A DNA stretch of 48,268 bases, taken from Gemmatimonadaceae bacterium (GTDB lineage Bacteria; Gemmatimonadota; Gemmatimonadetes; Gemmatimonadales; Gemmatimonadaceae). A program made the position numbers and the translations under genes. A model generated the notes under the pieces. It did not search any database and was not told the origin of the DNA. It saw only the letters and a list, made by a program, of their open reading frames with translations. The stretch lies in contig JANRJP010000083.1 in assembly GCA_033763905.1 (NCBI GenBank), positions 1 through 48,268 of the forward strand. The letters run 5' to 3'. This document shows positions 7,408-16,548 of this stretch, one piece after another; position 1 is the first letter of the stretch, and every line of letters starts with the position of its first letter.

Positions 7408-8754
7408 CTACTCGCGTGTACGTGCCGCCCGCCACTCCGCCAGCCGACCCGCTAGCGCCGGCATCGCGGCCGCGTCGGCGTCGTCCGGCTCGGCGAACCG
7501 CCCGTCGGCCAGCACGGCGCGTCCGGCAACGAACAGCCACCGCGCCTCCGTCCCGCCCATCGCGTACGTCGCCGCCGCGATCGGATCGAGATCGGCCGCC
7601 GCCGCGAGCCCGCCGAGTGGGAACACCGCCAGATCGGCCGCCTTCCCGGGCTCGAGGGAGCCGATGTCATCGGCGAGCCCCAGGGCCTGCGCCCCGCCCA
7701 GGGTGGCCAGGTGCAGCAACTCGCCGGTCGACACCACATCCGCCTTGCCGAAGCGCGCGGCCTGCGTCAGACCCGCGACCCGCGCCTCCTCGAGGATGTG
7801 CATCCGGTTGTTGCTCGCCATCGAGTCGGACCCCAAGCCAACCGGAACGCCAGCGTCGATCCACTCACGCAAGGGGGCGACCCCGTGCCCGAGCTTGGCG
7901 TTGCTGCAGGGGCAGTGCGCCACGGACGCCCCCGCCGATGCGGCAAGCCCGCGTTCCTCGGCGCGACAGCGCAACGCGTGGATCAGTAGCGGCCGAGTGG
8001 CCAGCACGCCGGTGTCGTGCAGCAGGTGCAGCGGCGAGGCCGCTCGGCGCGCGACGGCGATGCCGCGACCGCGCAACGCATCGGCGAACGCGCCGGTCCC
8101 GTCACTGACCAGCGACGACTCGTCGGCGCTCTCGGCGATGTGCACCGCAACCGGCCAGCCGCCCGACGCCGCCAGCGCCGCCACTTCGCGATACAGCGCG
8201 TCGCTCACGCTGTACGGCGCGTGAGGGGAAAGCCCCACCCGCACGAGGGGCGTCGCGTCGTGCTGGAGTCGCTGTGCCCGCGACGCGAGATCGGCCGCCG
8301 CAACCTCGGCGATGTCGGGATCGGGACCGAAGACTTCCTGATACGCGACGCCTCGTGCCCCAAGGGCCCGGAGGGCATCGAAGGCCGCCGGCGCATCGGA
8401 GGTATCGCCGAACGTGCCGATCCCCGCGCGGAATCCTTCGCGTACGCCGGCCCGCGCGCTGAGCGCGAGCGCCGCCTCGTCCATCACGCTGCGCTTGGCG
8501 GCCACCAGCGTGCGAATCCACGACGGGAAGTCGAGGCCTTCGAGCATCCCGCGGAAGACGGTGAGATCGAGATGCGTGTGCGCATTGACCAGCGCCGGCA
8601 TCAGCAGGCTGTCACCGGTCTCGATGCGCTCGCCGGCCGGGGCGCGGTCGGCACGCCCGACCCACGCGATGCGGTCGCCGTCGATCGCCACAGCCCCATC
8701 GCGAATCGGCGCGCTGTCGACGGGCAGCACCCATCGGGCACGAACGACGATCAT
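7408..8754 (-). CDS. Metal-dependent amidohydrolase (MtaD/SsnA nucleoside deaminase-like)
   Basis: NAHTH, PHAPYS, HIAES, HCPCSNAKLG, GSDS; ATG at 8754 overlaps the PBP stop. Confidence 0.9.
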   Translation of the reverse strand: MIVVRARWVLPVDSAPIRDGAVAIDGDRIAWVGRADRAPAGERIETGDSLLMPALVNAHTHLDLTVFRGMLEGLDFPSWIRTLVAAKRSVMDEAALALSARAGVREGFRAGIGTFGDTSDAPAAFDALRALGARGVAYQEVFGPDPDIAEVAAADLASRAQRLQHDATPLVRVGLSPHAPYSVSDALYREVAALAASGGWPVAVHIAESADESSLVSDGTGAFADALRGRGIAVARRAASPLHLLHDTGVLATRPLLIHALRCRAEERGLAASAGASVAHCPCSNAKLGHGVAPLREWIDAGVPVGLGSDSMASNNRMHILEEARVAGLTQAARFGKADVVSTGELLHLATLGGAQALGLADDIGSLEPGKAADLAVFPLGGLAAAADLDPIAAATYAMGGTEARWLFVAGRAVLADGRFAEPDDADAAAMPALAGRLAEWRAARTRE

Positions 8755-10859
8755 CGGGCCCCTCGGCGGCGGCGGGTCGTGTCGACCGGTGGCACGACGA
8801 CGCGGTCGCAGGATTGGGTCGGCTCCGAGCCGGGGAGGAACCAGTCGAGGATCACGTTCTGCGGGGGACAGATCGGGCTGCGCAGCTGGCCGGTGTACTT
8901 GTCGATCTCGCGCGCAACGAGTCCGGCGGGGCGCGGCCAGTCCGGCGGCGCCGGTCGCTGCTGATAGGCTTCCTTCATAAACGCCGTCCACGCGGGGGCG
9001 GCGAGCTGCCCACCCTGCGCGTTGCTCTTGATCTTCGTCGGGCGATCGAACCCCATCCACACGCCCGCCACCAGATCGCTGGTGAAGCCGATGAACCACA
9101 CGTCGGCTCCGTCATTGGTCGTGCCCGTCTTTCCACCGGCAGGCAGGGTGAAGCCGCCGCCGCGCACGGCCGCGGCCGCGGTGCCGCGATCGACGACGTC
9201 ACGGAGCATCGACGTGACCAACCAGGCTTGCGCCGGACTCATCACGGTTTCGCGCAGCGGCGCCGGCTCCCAGAGCACCGTGCCATCCGCCGACTCGACG
9301 CGGACGATCGCGTAGGGCGTCGAACGCGTCCCCAGCGTCGCGAAGGTCGTGTAGGCGGCGATCATTTCGATCGGGTACACGTCGGCAGACCCGATGTGCA
9401 GCGACGGGAACGGCGGCATCGGCGACGACAGGCCGAAGCGGCGCGCCATCTCGATCACGCGATCCTCGCCCAACTCCATCCCAAGCCGGATCGCCGGGAT
9501 GTTGCGTGACAGCGTGAGCGCGCGGCGCATCGTCACTGGGCCCTCGAACTTGAGATCGTAGTTCTGCGGCGTCCAATCGTCGCCGGCGTCCTGCGCCAGC
9601 GTCAGCGGCGAATCGTCGAGCAGTGTCGTTGTGGGTCGGCCGGCTTCAATCGCAGCGGAGTAGACGATGGGCTTGAAGGTCGAGCCCGGCTGCCGGAGCG
9701 CCTGCGTGGCGCGATTGAACTTCGAATCGTCGAAGTCGCGACCGCCGACCATCGCACGCACCGCGCCGGATCGCGGATCGATCACGACGAAGGCGCCCTG
9801 CAAGTACGGGCTGCGCGCGGCGCCGTCGCCGTCGGTGCTGCCGCCCTTGGCCAGGGCCGTTTCGAAGCTGACGTGCCGGTACTCGCCGTGCGCGCCTGAC
9901 TCGATCGACCGGAGCTGCTGTTCCAGCGCCCGGGCCGCCGCGGACTGCAGATCGACATCGAGCGTCGTGTACACCTTGAGACCGCGCTCGTAGAGCTCGC
10001 GGCCGAAGTGCTGGTCGAGTTCGCGGCGCACCCACTCGACGAACCACGCGGCGACGTCCCCACTCTGCTCCGCCGTGGCCAAGGTCAGCGGATACGCACG
10101 GGCGCGCGCCGCGTCGGCGTCGGTGATGACCCGCTCGCGTCGCATCAGCTCGATCACCGTGTTCCGTCGCTGCACCGCCCGCTCGGGATACCGCCGCGGG
10201 TTGTACCGCTCCGGGGCCTTGGGCAGGGCCGCGAGCGTGGCTGCTTCCGCGAGCGACAGATCGCGCGCGCGCTTGCCGAAGTATCGCTGGGCGGCCGTCT
10301 CGACCCCGTGCGCGCCGTTGCCGAGGTAGATCTGGTTCAGATAGAGCTCGAGAATCCGGTCCTTCGGATACGCACGCTCGATCGCCAGCGCGACCTTCAC
10401 TTCGCGGAGCTTGCGAATGATCGACTTCTCGCGCGTGAGGCGTTCCGGGAACACGTTGCGCGCGAGCTGCATCGTGATCGTCGAGAAGCCCTGCGCATAA
10501 CCGCCGCGAACGATGTTCACGGCCCCCGCACCGAACACGCGCACCCAGTCCACGCCCCGATGCTCGTAGAAGCGCTTGTCCTCGGTCATCACGAAGGCAT
10601 CCACGATGACCTGCGGCAATTCCGTGAGCGGGACGACCGTCCGCCGCTCGATGCCGAGTTCGGCGACGAAGCGCCCGTCGGCCGCGTACAGCTTGGACGT
10701 CTGGCGGGGCGTGTACTGCTCCAGCACATCCACGGCGGGGCAGGCCCCGCCGCGGCAGATCAGGGTCCATCCCCCGACCGCCGTCCCCGCACCGGCGCCG
10801 GCCACGAAGCAGACGAGGAGCAACAGGACGCGGAGCCACGGGCGGCGCGGAGGAGCCAT
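8751..10859 (-). CDS. Class A penicillin-binding protein (PBP1A family)
   Basis: N-terminal TM; transglycosylase EDKRFYEH, GFSTITMQL, RKLRE; transpeptidase STFK, SRN, KTG. Confidence 0.96.
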   Translation of the reverse strand: MAPPRRPWLRVLLLLVCFVAGAGAGTAVGGWTLICRGGACPAVDVLEQYTPRQTSKLYAADGRFVAELGIERRTVVPLTELPQVIVDAFVMTEDKRFYEHRGVDWVRVFGAGAVNIVRGGYAQGFSTITMQLARNVFPERLTREKSIIRKLREVKVALAIERAYPKDRILELYLNQIYLGNGAHGVETAAQRYFGKRARDLSLAEAATLAALPKAPERYNPRRYPERAVQRRNTVIELMRRERVITDADAARARAYPLTLATAEQSGDVAAWFVEWVRRELDQHFGRELYERGLKVYTTLDVDLQSAAARALEQQLRSIESGAHGEYRHVSFETALAKGGSTDGDGAARSPYLQGAFVVIDPRSGAVRAMVGGRDFDDSKFNRATQALRQPGSTFKPIVYSAAIEAGRPTTTLLDDSPLTLAQDAGDDWTPQNYDLKFEGPVTMRRALTLSRNIPAIRLGMELGEDRVIEMARRFGLSSPMPPFPSLHIGSADVYPIEMIAAYTTFATLGTRSTPYAIVRVESADGTVLWEPAPLRETVMSPAQAWLVTSMLRDVVDRGTAAAAVRGGGFTLPAGGKTGTTNDGADVWFIGFTSDLVAGVWMGFDRPTKIKSNAQGGQLAAPAWTAFMKEAYQQRPAPPDWPRPAGLVAREIDKYTGQLRSPICPPQNVILDWFLPGSEPTQSCDRVVVPPVDTTRRRRGAR

Positions 10860-10917
10860 ATCCGGGAAACTTACGCCAGCCGCCGCCTGCCGTCCCCCGG
10901 CATCGTATCTTTCGGCT

Positions 10918-12198
10918 ATGGTCTCCTTTCTCGCCGAACTCGACGCCCGCGGGCTGTTGCACCAGACCACCGAGGGTGCTGCCGATCATCTCGCCAAGGG
11001 ACCGGTCGCGGCCTACTGCGGCTTCGATCCCACGGCGGACTCGCTCCACGTCGGGCACCTGCTCCCGGTGATGACGCTGGTGCACCTGCAACGGCACGGG
11101 CACCGGCCGGTGGCGCTGGTGGGCGGCGGGACGGGGATGATCGGCGACCCGTCGGGGAAGGCCGCCGAGCGGCAACTGCTCGACGCCGGGACGGTGGCGG
11201 CCAACACCCGCGCGCTCCGGGCGCAGTTGGAGCGCTTTCTCGACTTCAGCGGCCCTGCGGCGGCTCGAATCGTCGACAACCACGAATGGCTGGGCCCAAT
11301 GGCGCTGCTCGACTTCCTCCGCGACGTCGGCAAGCACTTCTCGGTCAACGTGATGTTACAGAAGGAGTCGGTGAAGCAGCGAATGGAGACCGGTATCTCG
11401 TTCACCGAGTTCTCGTACCAGCTCCTGCAGGCCTACGATTTCTTGCAGCTGCACGAGCGGCACGGCGTGACACTGCAGGTCGGCGGCTCCGACCAATTCG
11501 GCAACATCACGGCCGGCACCGACCTGATCCGACGCGTCGCGCGCGCCGAGGCACACGGCATCACGGTACCGCTGGTCACGACGGCCGCCGGTACCAAGTT
11601 CGGCAAGACGGAAGCAGGGGCGGTGTGGCTCGATGCACGCCGGACCTCGCCCTACGCGTTCTACCAATTCTGGAAGAACGCAGCCGATGCGGACGCGGTG
11701 CGCTGGCTGGACGCCTTCACGCTCCTCGACGCCACGCAGCGCGCGGACGCCCGGGACGCCCTGGCGGCGAACCCCGCGACTCGCGCGGCGCAGACTCTGC
11801 TCGCGCAGGACGTCACCCGTCGCGTGCACGGGGCCGAGGCGCTGCGGTCGGCCGAGTTGGTGAGCGGATTTCTTTTCGGTGGCGTGGCCCCGCAGTCCCT
11901 CGATACGGCGGCGCTGTCGGTGCTGGCCCGCGAGGTGCCGTCGGCCGAGATCCGGCCCGTGCACGACGGGGAACACGCCGGTCGTCTCGACGTGTACGAC
12001 ATGCTCGTGGCGACGAAGCTCGCCGATTCCAATGGCGCCGCGAAGCGTCTGATGCAGCAGGGGGGCGTCTCGGTGAACAAGGAGAAACTCGGCGCCGATG
12101 CGCGCTTCCTCGACGCGTCGGCCGTGCAGTTGGCAGATGGATGGGTCGTCGTCGGCAAGGGCAAGCGGGATTACGGCGTCGTGCGAGTGCTGTCGTGA
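10918..12198 (+). CDS. tyrS: Tyrosine--tRNA ligase
   Basis: GFDPTADSLHVGH, QVGGSDQFGNI, KFGKT, C-terminal S4 domain. Confidence 0.98.
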   Translation: MVSFLAELDARGLLHQTTEGAADHLAKGPVAAYCGFDPTADSLHVGHLLPVMTLVHLQRHGHRPVALVGGGTGMIGDPSGKAAERQLLDAGTVAANTRALRAQLERFLDFSGPAAARIVDNHEWLGPMALLDFLRDVGKHFSVNVMLQKESVKQRMETGISFTEFSYQLLQAYDFLQLHERHGVTLQVGGSDQFGNITAGTDLIRRVARAEAHGITVPLVTTAAGTKFGKTEAGAVWLDARRTSPYAFYQFWKNAADADAVRWLDAFTLLDATQRADARDALAANPATRAAQTLLAQDVTRRVHGAEALRSAELVSGFLFGGVAPQSLDTAALSVLAREVPSAEIRPVHDGEHAGRLDVYDMLVATKLADSNGAAKRLMQQGGVSVNKEKLGADARFLDASAVQLADGWVVVGKGKRDYGVVRVLS

Positions 12199-12746
12199 CG
12201 CGTCGCGGAATGGCGGTACTCGTGCTGGTGACTGGCCTCGCGGTGCCGTGGGCAGCGGGCGGCGCACAGGACGACTCGACGCGGCCACCGATGCGACTGG
12301 GGATCGAGTTCGATCCGGATCCGGCCGGGGCGCTGATCGAGCGGCGCGACCTGATGAAGCTGGACGACGCCCAGTTCGAGGCCCTGCGCTCGCTCCGACG
12401 CTGGCATCAGCGCCGCGTTCGGGCGATGCAGGACTCGCTGGACCGCCTGAACATCCCGGTGAGTCTCGGGATCGGGATCGCGAGTCCGCCTCCGGGTCGC
12501 GGCGGACCGGGCGGACCGGGCGGCAACGCGCCGCCGCGGGGCAATGCGGCACTCGACCGCCTGCCAACGGAACAGCGGGCAGTCGTCCGCGCGCTCGCTG
12601 ACAGCGTGCGGCGCTGGACGACCTTCACGCGCGACAGTGCCATTGCGCTGCTTCGCCCCGCACAGAAGGACTCGCTCGCGGCGGCCTTCACCCGGATGCG
12701 TGACTCGATGCCGCAGCGCGGCGGGCGTCAGCGCCCGCCGGGCTAG
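12195..12746 (+). CDS. Exported helical protein, Spy/CpxP-like
   Basis: GTGA overlap with tyrS; signal peptide; two LTxxQ-like motifs (LDDAQ, LRPAQ) flanking a GGPGGPGG linker. Confidence 0.6.
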   Translation: MTRRGMAVLVLVTGLAVPWAAGGAQDDSTRPPMRLGIEFDPDPAGALIERRDLMKLDDAQFEALRSLRRWHQRRVRAMQDSLDRLNIPVSLGIGIASPPPGRGGPGGPGGNAPPRGNAALDRLPTEQRAVVRALADSVRRWTTFTRDSAIALLRPAQKDSLAAAFTRMRDSMPQRGGRQRPPG

Positions 12747-13690
12747 CCGACGACGGGGTCGCGAAGCGCAGCGGGCGTGCCTTCCGGTTGCCGCTTCCAG
12801 CGCTTGTGATGCCAGAAGTACTGGCCCGGCGCAAGACGCACGTAACGCTCGATGACCGTGGTGTAGGCCTGCGCCATCGCGTCGGTATCGCTCGCCTTGT
12901 CCCCGGTCGGTGCAAACGGCACCGGCTCGAAGTAGAAGTCGAAGTAGCCATCGGGGCGACGAATCGGTGACGCGAAGATCACCGGCGCGCCGCTACGCAG
13001 CGCGAACACCGCCGGTCCGCGCGGCGTGAAGGCGGGACGCCCGAAGAACATCGTCGGCGCCGCCGACACGTTGAAGAGCGCCTGGTCGGCCATCAGCGCC
13101 ACCGCGCGCCCGTCGCGCAACGCCCGCGGAATCACGCGCGCCGATTCAGCGACCGTCACGACGCGCATCCCGATGCGCGCGCGCGCCGCAACGAGGTAGT
13201 CGTTGAACGCCGGATTCGCCGGCGGAAAAAACACCGCATCGATCGGAATGCCGCGCGCCGCCAAGTAGGCGCCGCCCAACTCCCAGTTGCCGAGGTGCGC
13301 GCTGACGAGCACGACGCCCTTCCCCTCGGCCATCGCGCGCTCCAAGTGCTCGTAGCCGTGCAGCGTCTTGAAGAGTCCGAGCACGCCCCCGCCGTCGAGC
13401 TCGGCGAGCAGCGCCGTCTCGACCGACGTGCGGCCCAGCGACGCGTAGGCGTCGCGGACGATGCCCTGCTGCGCGGCCGCGTCGAGCGCCGGGAAGGCCG
13501 CCGCCACTTGCCGCTCGACGACCGTGCGTCGGATGCCGAGCGGCCATCGTCCCAGGCGGCCGATCCACGCGCCCACCATCGACGCCGTCCGAAAGGGCAA
13601 CAGGCGCAGCACTCCCACCAACCCGCGAAAGAGCAGCAGCTGGGTCTGCTCCCACGCCGAGGGCCGGCGCCGGGTCGTCGAGTCGCTCAC
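12743..13690 (-). CDS. Lipid A biosynthesis acyltransferase (LpxL/HtrB family)
   Basis: SAHLGNWE, MADQ, FFGRPA, PGQYFWHHKRWK; GTG at 13690 overlaps the upstream stop. Confidence 0.92.
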   Translation of the reverse strand: MSDSTTRRRPSAWEQTQLLLFRGLVGVLRLLPFRTASMVGAWIGRLGRWPLGIRRTVVERQVAAAFPALDAAAQQGIVRDAYASLGRTSVETALLAELDGGGVLGLFKTLHGYEHLERAMAEGKGVVLVSAHLGNWELGGAYLAARGIPIDAVFFPPANPAFNDYLVAARARIGMRVVTVAESARVIPRALRDGRAVALMADQALFNVSAAPTMFFGRPAFTPRGPAVFALRSGAPVIFASPIRRPDGYFDFYFEPVPFAPTGDKASDTDAMAQAYTTVIERYVRLAPGQYFWHHKRWKRQPEGTPAALRDPVVG

Positions 13691-14646
13691 GCGACGCTCG
13701 CGCGCGACGGCCGCAGCGACGCCACGGCGCGCTCGAGCACGTCTGCGGGATCTTCGGCGGGTGCATCCGCGGCGCGCCAGAGTCGCTCGCCCACCTCGCG
13801 TCGCACCTCCGGGGCCCCGAGCCACTCGGCCACGGCGGCCGACCCCACGGCGGCGCCATCGGGCGCCAACAGAACCAGGCCGGCATCCGCCGCGAAGACC
13901 TTCGCCATCCCGTGCGCACGCGAGCAGACTATCGGGATCCCGTGCGCCGCCGCATCACGGACGGCGTAGCAGCCGTCGTCGCCCTCGGCCACCACCCACG
14001 CGGCGAGCGCGGTACGCAACCACCCCGGATGATCGAAGGCGGGCGACGTCGCGACTCGATCGGCGACCCCGAGCGCACCGGCGTGCACGCGCAGCGCATC
14101 GGCGCCGTCCGCGGCGCCCAGGACCACCAAGCGTAGCTCGGGATGCCCGCGCATCACCGCCGCCACGGCGCGCACGGCATCGTGCGCGCCGCGCAGATCC
14201 CTGGCGTCGGCCACGATCGCGACGTGCGGCGGCTGGTTCGGCACCGACATCGCCCGCGCCCTCGCGACGGACGGCACGAGCAGGCCGCCCCGCACTGCCC
14301 CCGAGGGCAATTCGGCGCGTTCGGCGTCGGCGCGGGTCGTGAACAGGTAGGCAACGGCCGCGTTCCCGCGGCCACGCACGGGCGTGACCCGCTGCGCGGC
14401 GGCCACGCGCCGCAGGATCGCCCCACGGCCCGCCTTGCGTCGCGCCTGCAGCGCCAGTCGCTCGCCCTCATCGCTCAAGGTCAGCACCGCATCGCAACTG
14501 CGCATCGGTTCGACGAGCGCGGCCGGCGCCGTTGCCGCCACCGTCATCACCTGATGCCCGCGCCCCGCCAGCGCATCGTGCAACACGCGACCCGCTCGCG
14601 CGGTGCCGTCGTTGCCGCCGTCGTTGGGGATCAACAACCACCGCAT
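13687..14646 (-). CDS. Divergent GT-B (GT4-like) glycosyltransferase
   Basis: ALAGRGHQV, HPELRLVVLG, LGVADRV, AAAHGIPIV; located between msbA-like and lpxL-like genes. Confidence 0.7.
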   Translation of the reverse strand: MRWLLIPNDGGNDGTARAGRVLHDALAGRGHQVMTVAATAPAALVEPMRSCDAVLTLSDEGERLALQARRKAGRGAILRRVAAAQRVTPVRGRGNAAVAYLFTTRADAERAELPSGAVRGGLLVPSVARARAMSVPNQPPHVAIVADARDLRGAHDAVRAVAAVMRGHPELRLVVLGAADGADALRVHAGALGVADRVATSPAFDHPGWLRTALAAWVVAEGDDGCYAVRDAAAHGIPIVCSRAHGMAKVFAADAGLVLLAPDGAAVGSAAVAEWLGAPEVRREVGERLWRAADAPAEDPADVLERAVASLRPSRASVA

Positions 14647-14649
14647 ACG

Positions 14650-16548
14650 TCAGCGGCTCGCCGATTCGGCGTCGGGTGCCGAAGCGTCCTCGGCGTCCAC
14701 CAGCGCCGAGGCCGTGTGCGACTGCAGCGCCCACAACCGCTGATACGCGCCGCCTTGCGCGAGTAGCGCCTCGTGGCGCCCGCGCTCGATGACGCGCCCC
14801 TGATCCATCACGAGAATCTGATCGGCGCGTACGACGGTGCTCAGGCGATGCGCGATGACGAACACGGTGCGCCCGTTGAGCAGGCGCTCGATCGCCTCCT
14901 GGACCACGCGCTCGCTCGCGGAATCCAGCGCCGATGTGGCCTCGTCGAGAATCAGGATCGGCGGGTCGACCAACAGCGCCCGCGCGATGGCCAACCGCTG
15001 CCGCTGACCGCCGGACAGTCGCGTCCCACGCTCGCCGAGGACGGTGTCGTAGCCCTGCGGCAGCTTCTCGATGAACTCGTGCGCGTTCGCCATCCGCGCG
15101 GCGCGCTCGATCTGCTCGGCGGTGTACCGCGCCTGCGCACCGTAGGCGATGTTCGCGCGCACGCTGTCGTTGAACAGCACGGTATCCTGCGCCACGATGC
15201 CGATCTGCGCGCGCAACGACGTCAGCGTGATGTCCTGCGTGTCGACCCCATCGAGCAGAATGCGTCCGCCGGTCGGCTGATGAAAGCGCGGAATGAGATC
15301 CACCAGCGTGCTCTTGCCAGCGCCGCTCGCCCCCACCAGCGCGACGATCTCGCCACGGCGCGCGGTGAACGACACGTCGCGCAGCACCGGCTCGCCGTCG
15401 TACGCGAAGTCGACGTGTTCGAACACCAGCGCCTCGCGCGGCGGACCAACCGTGACCGTGCCGCGATCGAGCGCGGCCTCGGTCGGCGAATCGAGAATTT
15501 CATACAGGCGATCGGCCGCCGCGAAGGCTCCCTGTGCGACCGCCGGCACCTGCGTCAGCGCCTTGAGCGGCTGCAACAAGCGCAGGATGATCGCGAGGAA
15601 TCCGACCAGCTCGGCCCCCTGCATCGTGCCGTACAGCAAAACCTGTTGCGCGCCGGCGTACAGCACCGCCACCGCGATGAAGGTCCCGAGAATCTCGGTC
15701 AGCGGCTGCGACAGGAACGAGTACTTCGCCACCTTCACCAAGCCGGCCGAGTAGGTGCCGCTGGCCTGCGCGAAGCGGCGCTCCTCGTAGCCCTCGGCGC
15801 CGAACGCCTTCACCAGCCGGATGCCGCCGAGCACCTCCTGCAGCACCGCCATCATCTCGCCGTAGTCGTCGCGGAGGCGCCGGTAGCCGCGACGCAGCCG
15901 CCGGAGCAGCGGCTGCAACACGCCCATCAGCGTCGGCACGACCACCAACGACAACAGCGTCAACTTCCACGAGATCGCCAGCAGGAGCGCGAAATAGCTG
16001 AGCAGCATCGCGACCTGCTGAATCGACTGCATCACCAGCGTCGTGACGAGCTGCTTGGTCTGATCGGTATCGACCAGCACCCGCGCGACCAACTGCCCGC
16101 CCTTCTCCTTCTGGAAGACCGAGAGCGGCAAGCGCTGCAGGTGCGTGTAGACCGTGTCGCGCAGATCGCGCGTGACGAACTCCTGCAACTGGGCGCCCAA
16201 CAACCCCGCGCACCAGGTGAAGACGTTCTTGACGACGAACACCGTCATCAGCAGGAAGATCACGCTCGTCAGCGAGCCCATCTTGTCCTGCTGGTCGAGC
16301 AGCATCCCGATCGTCGCCTCGAGGAAGCGCGATGCCGGCGTCTGGGAGGCGGGAATCGGCGGCAGCCCGAACAGCGCGTTCATGAACGGGATCAGCAGCG
16401 AGAACGCGAAGGCGTCGAGCACCGCCGCGAGAATGCTGAAGAACACCGTCCCGACCATTCGGCCGAGATGCGGACGCACGAAGGCGAGCAGCCGCCGCCC
16501 CGTCCGGCGGCGACCGCCCGACGGCGTCGGCGCGAGCCCGCTAGCCAC
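14650..16548 (-). CDS. msbA: ABC exporter, fused TMD-NBD (MsbA-like)
   Basis: Multiple TMs; GASGAGKS, LSGGQRQR, LILDEATSALD, IAHRLST; LPS gene context. Confidence 0.88.
   Translation of the reverse strand: MASGLAPTPSGGRRRTGRRLLAFVRPHLGRMVGTVFFSILAAVLDAFAFSLLIPFMNALFGLPPIPASQTPASRFLEATIGMLLDQQDKMGSLTSVIFLLMTVFVVKNVFTWCAGLLGAQLQEFVTRDLRDTVYTHLQRLPLSVFQKEKGGQLVARVLVDTDQTKQLVTTLVMQSIQQVAMLLSYFALLLAISWKLTLLSLVVVPTLMGVLQPLLRRLRRGYRRLRDDYGEMMAVLQEVLGGIRLVKAFGAEGYEERRFAQASGTYSAGLVKVAKYSFLSQPLTEILGTFIAVAVLYAGAQQVLLYGTMQGAELVGFLAIILRLLQPLKALTQVPAVAQGAFAAADRLYEILDSPTEAALDRGTVTVGPPREALVFEHVDFAYDGEPVLRDVSFTARRGEIVALVGASGAGKSTLVDLIPRFHQPTGGRILLDGVDTQDITLTSLRAQIGIVAQDTVLFNDSVRANIAYGAQARYTAEQIERAARMANAHEFIEKLPQGYDTVLGERGTRLSGGQRQRLAIARALLVDPPILILDEATSALDSASERVVQEAIERLLNGRTVFVIAHRLSTVVRADQILVMDQGRVIERGRHEALLAQGGAYQRLWALQSHTASALVDAEDASAPDAESASR

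Noticed and set aside
10008..12194. 912-aa ORF 10008..12746 and other very long alternative-frame ORFs (e.g. 33212..36169, 16154..18694, 32886..35489)
   Set aside because: Shadow ORFs of GC-rich DNA overlapping well-supported genes; only their 3' parts (12195-12746, 35495-36169) look like real genes.
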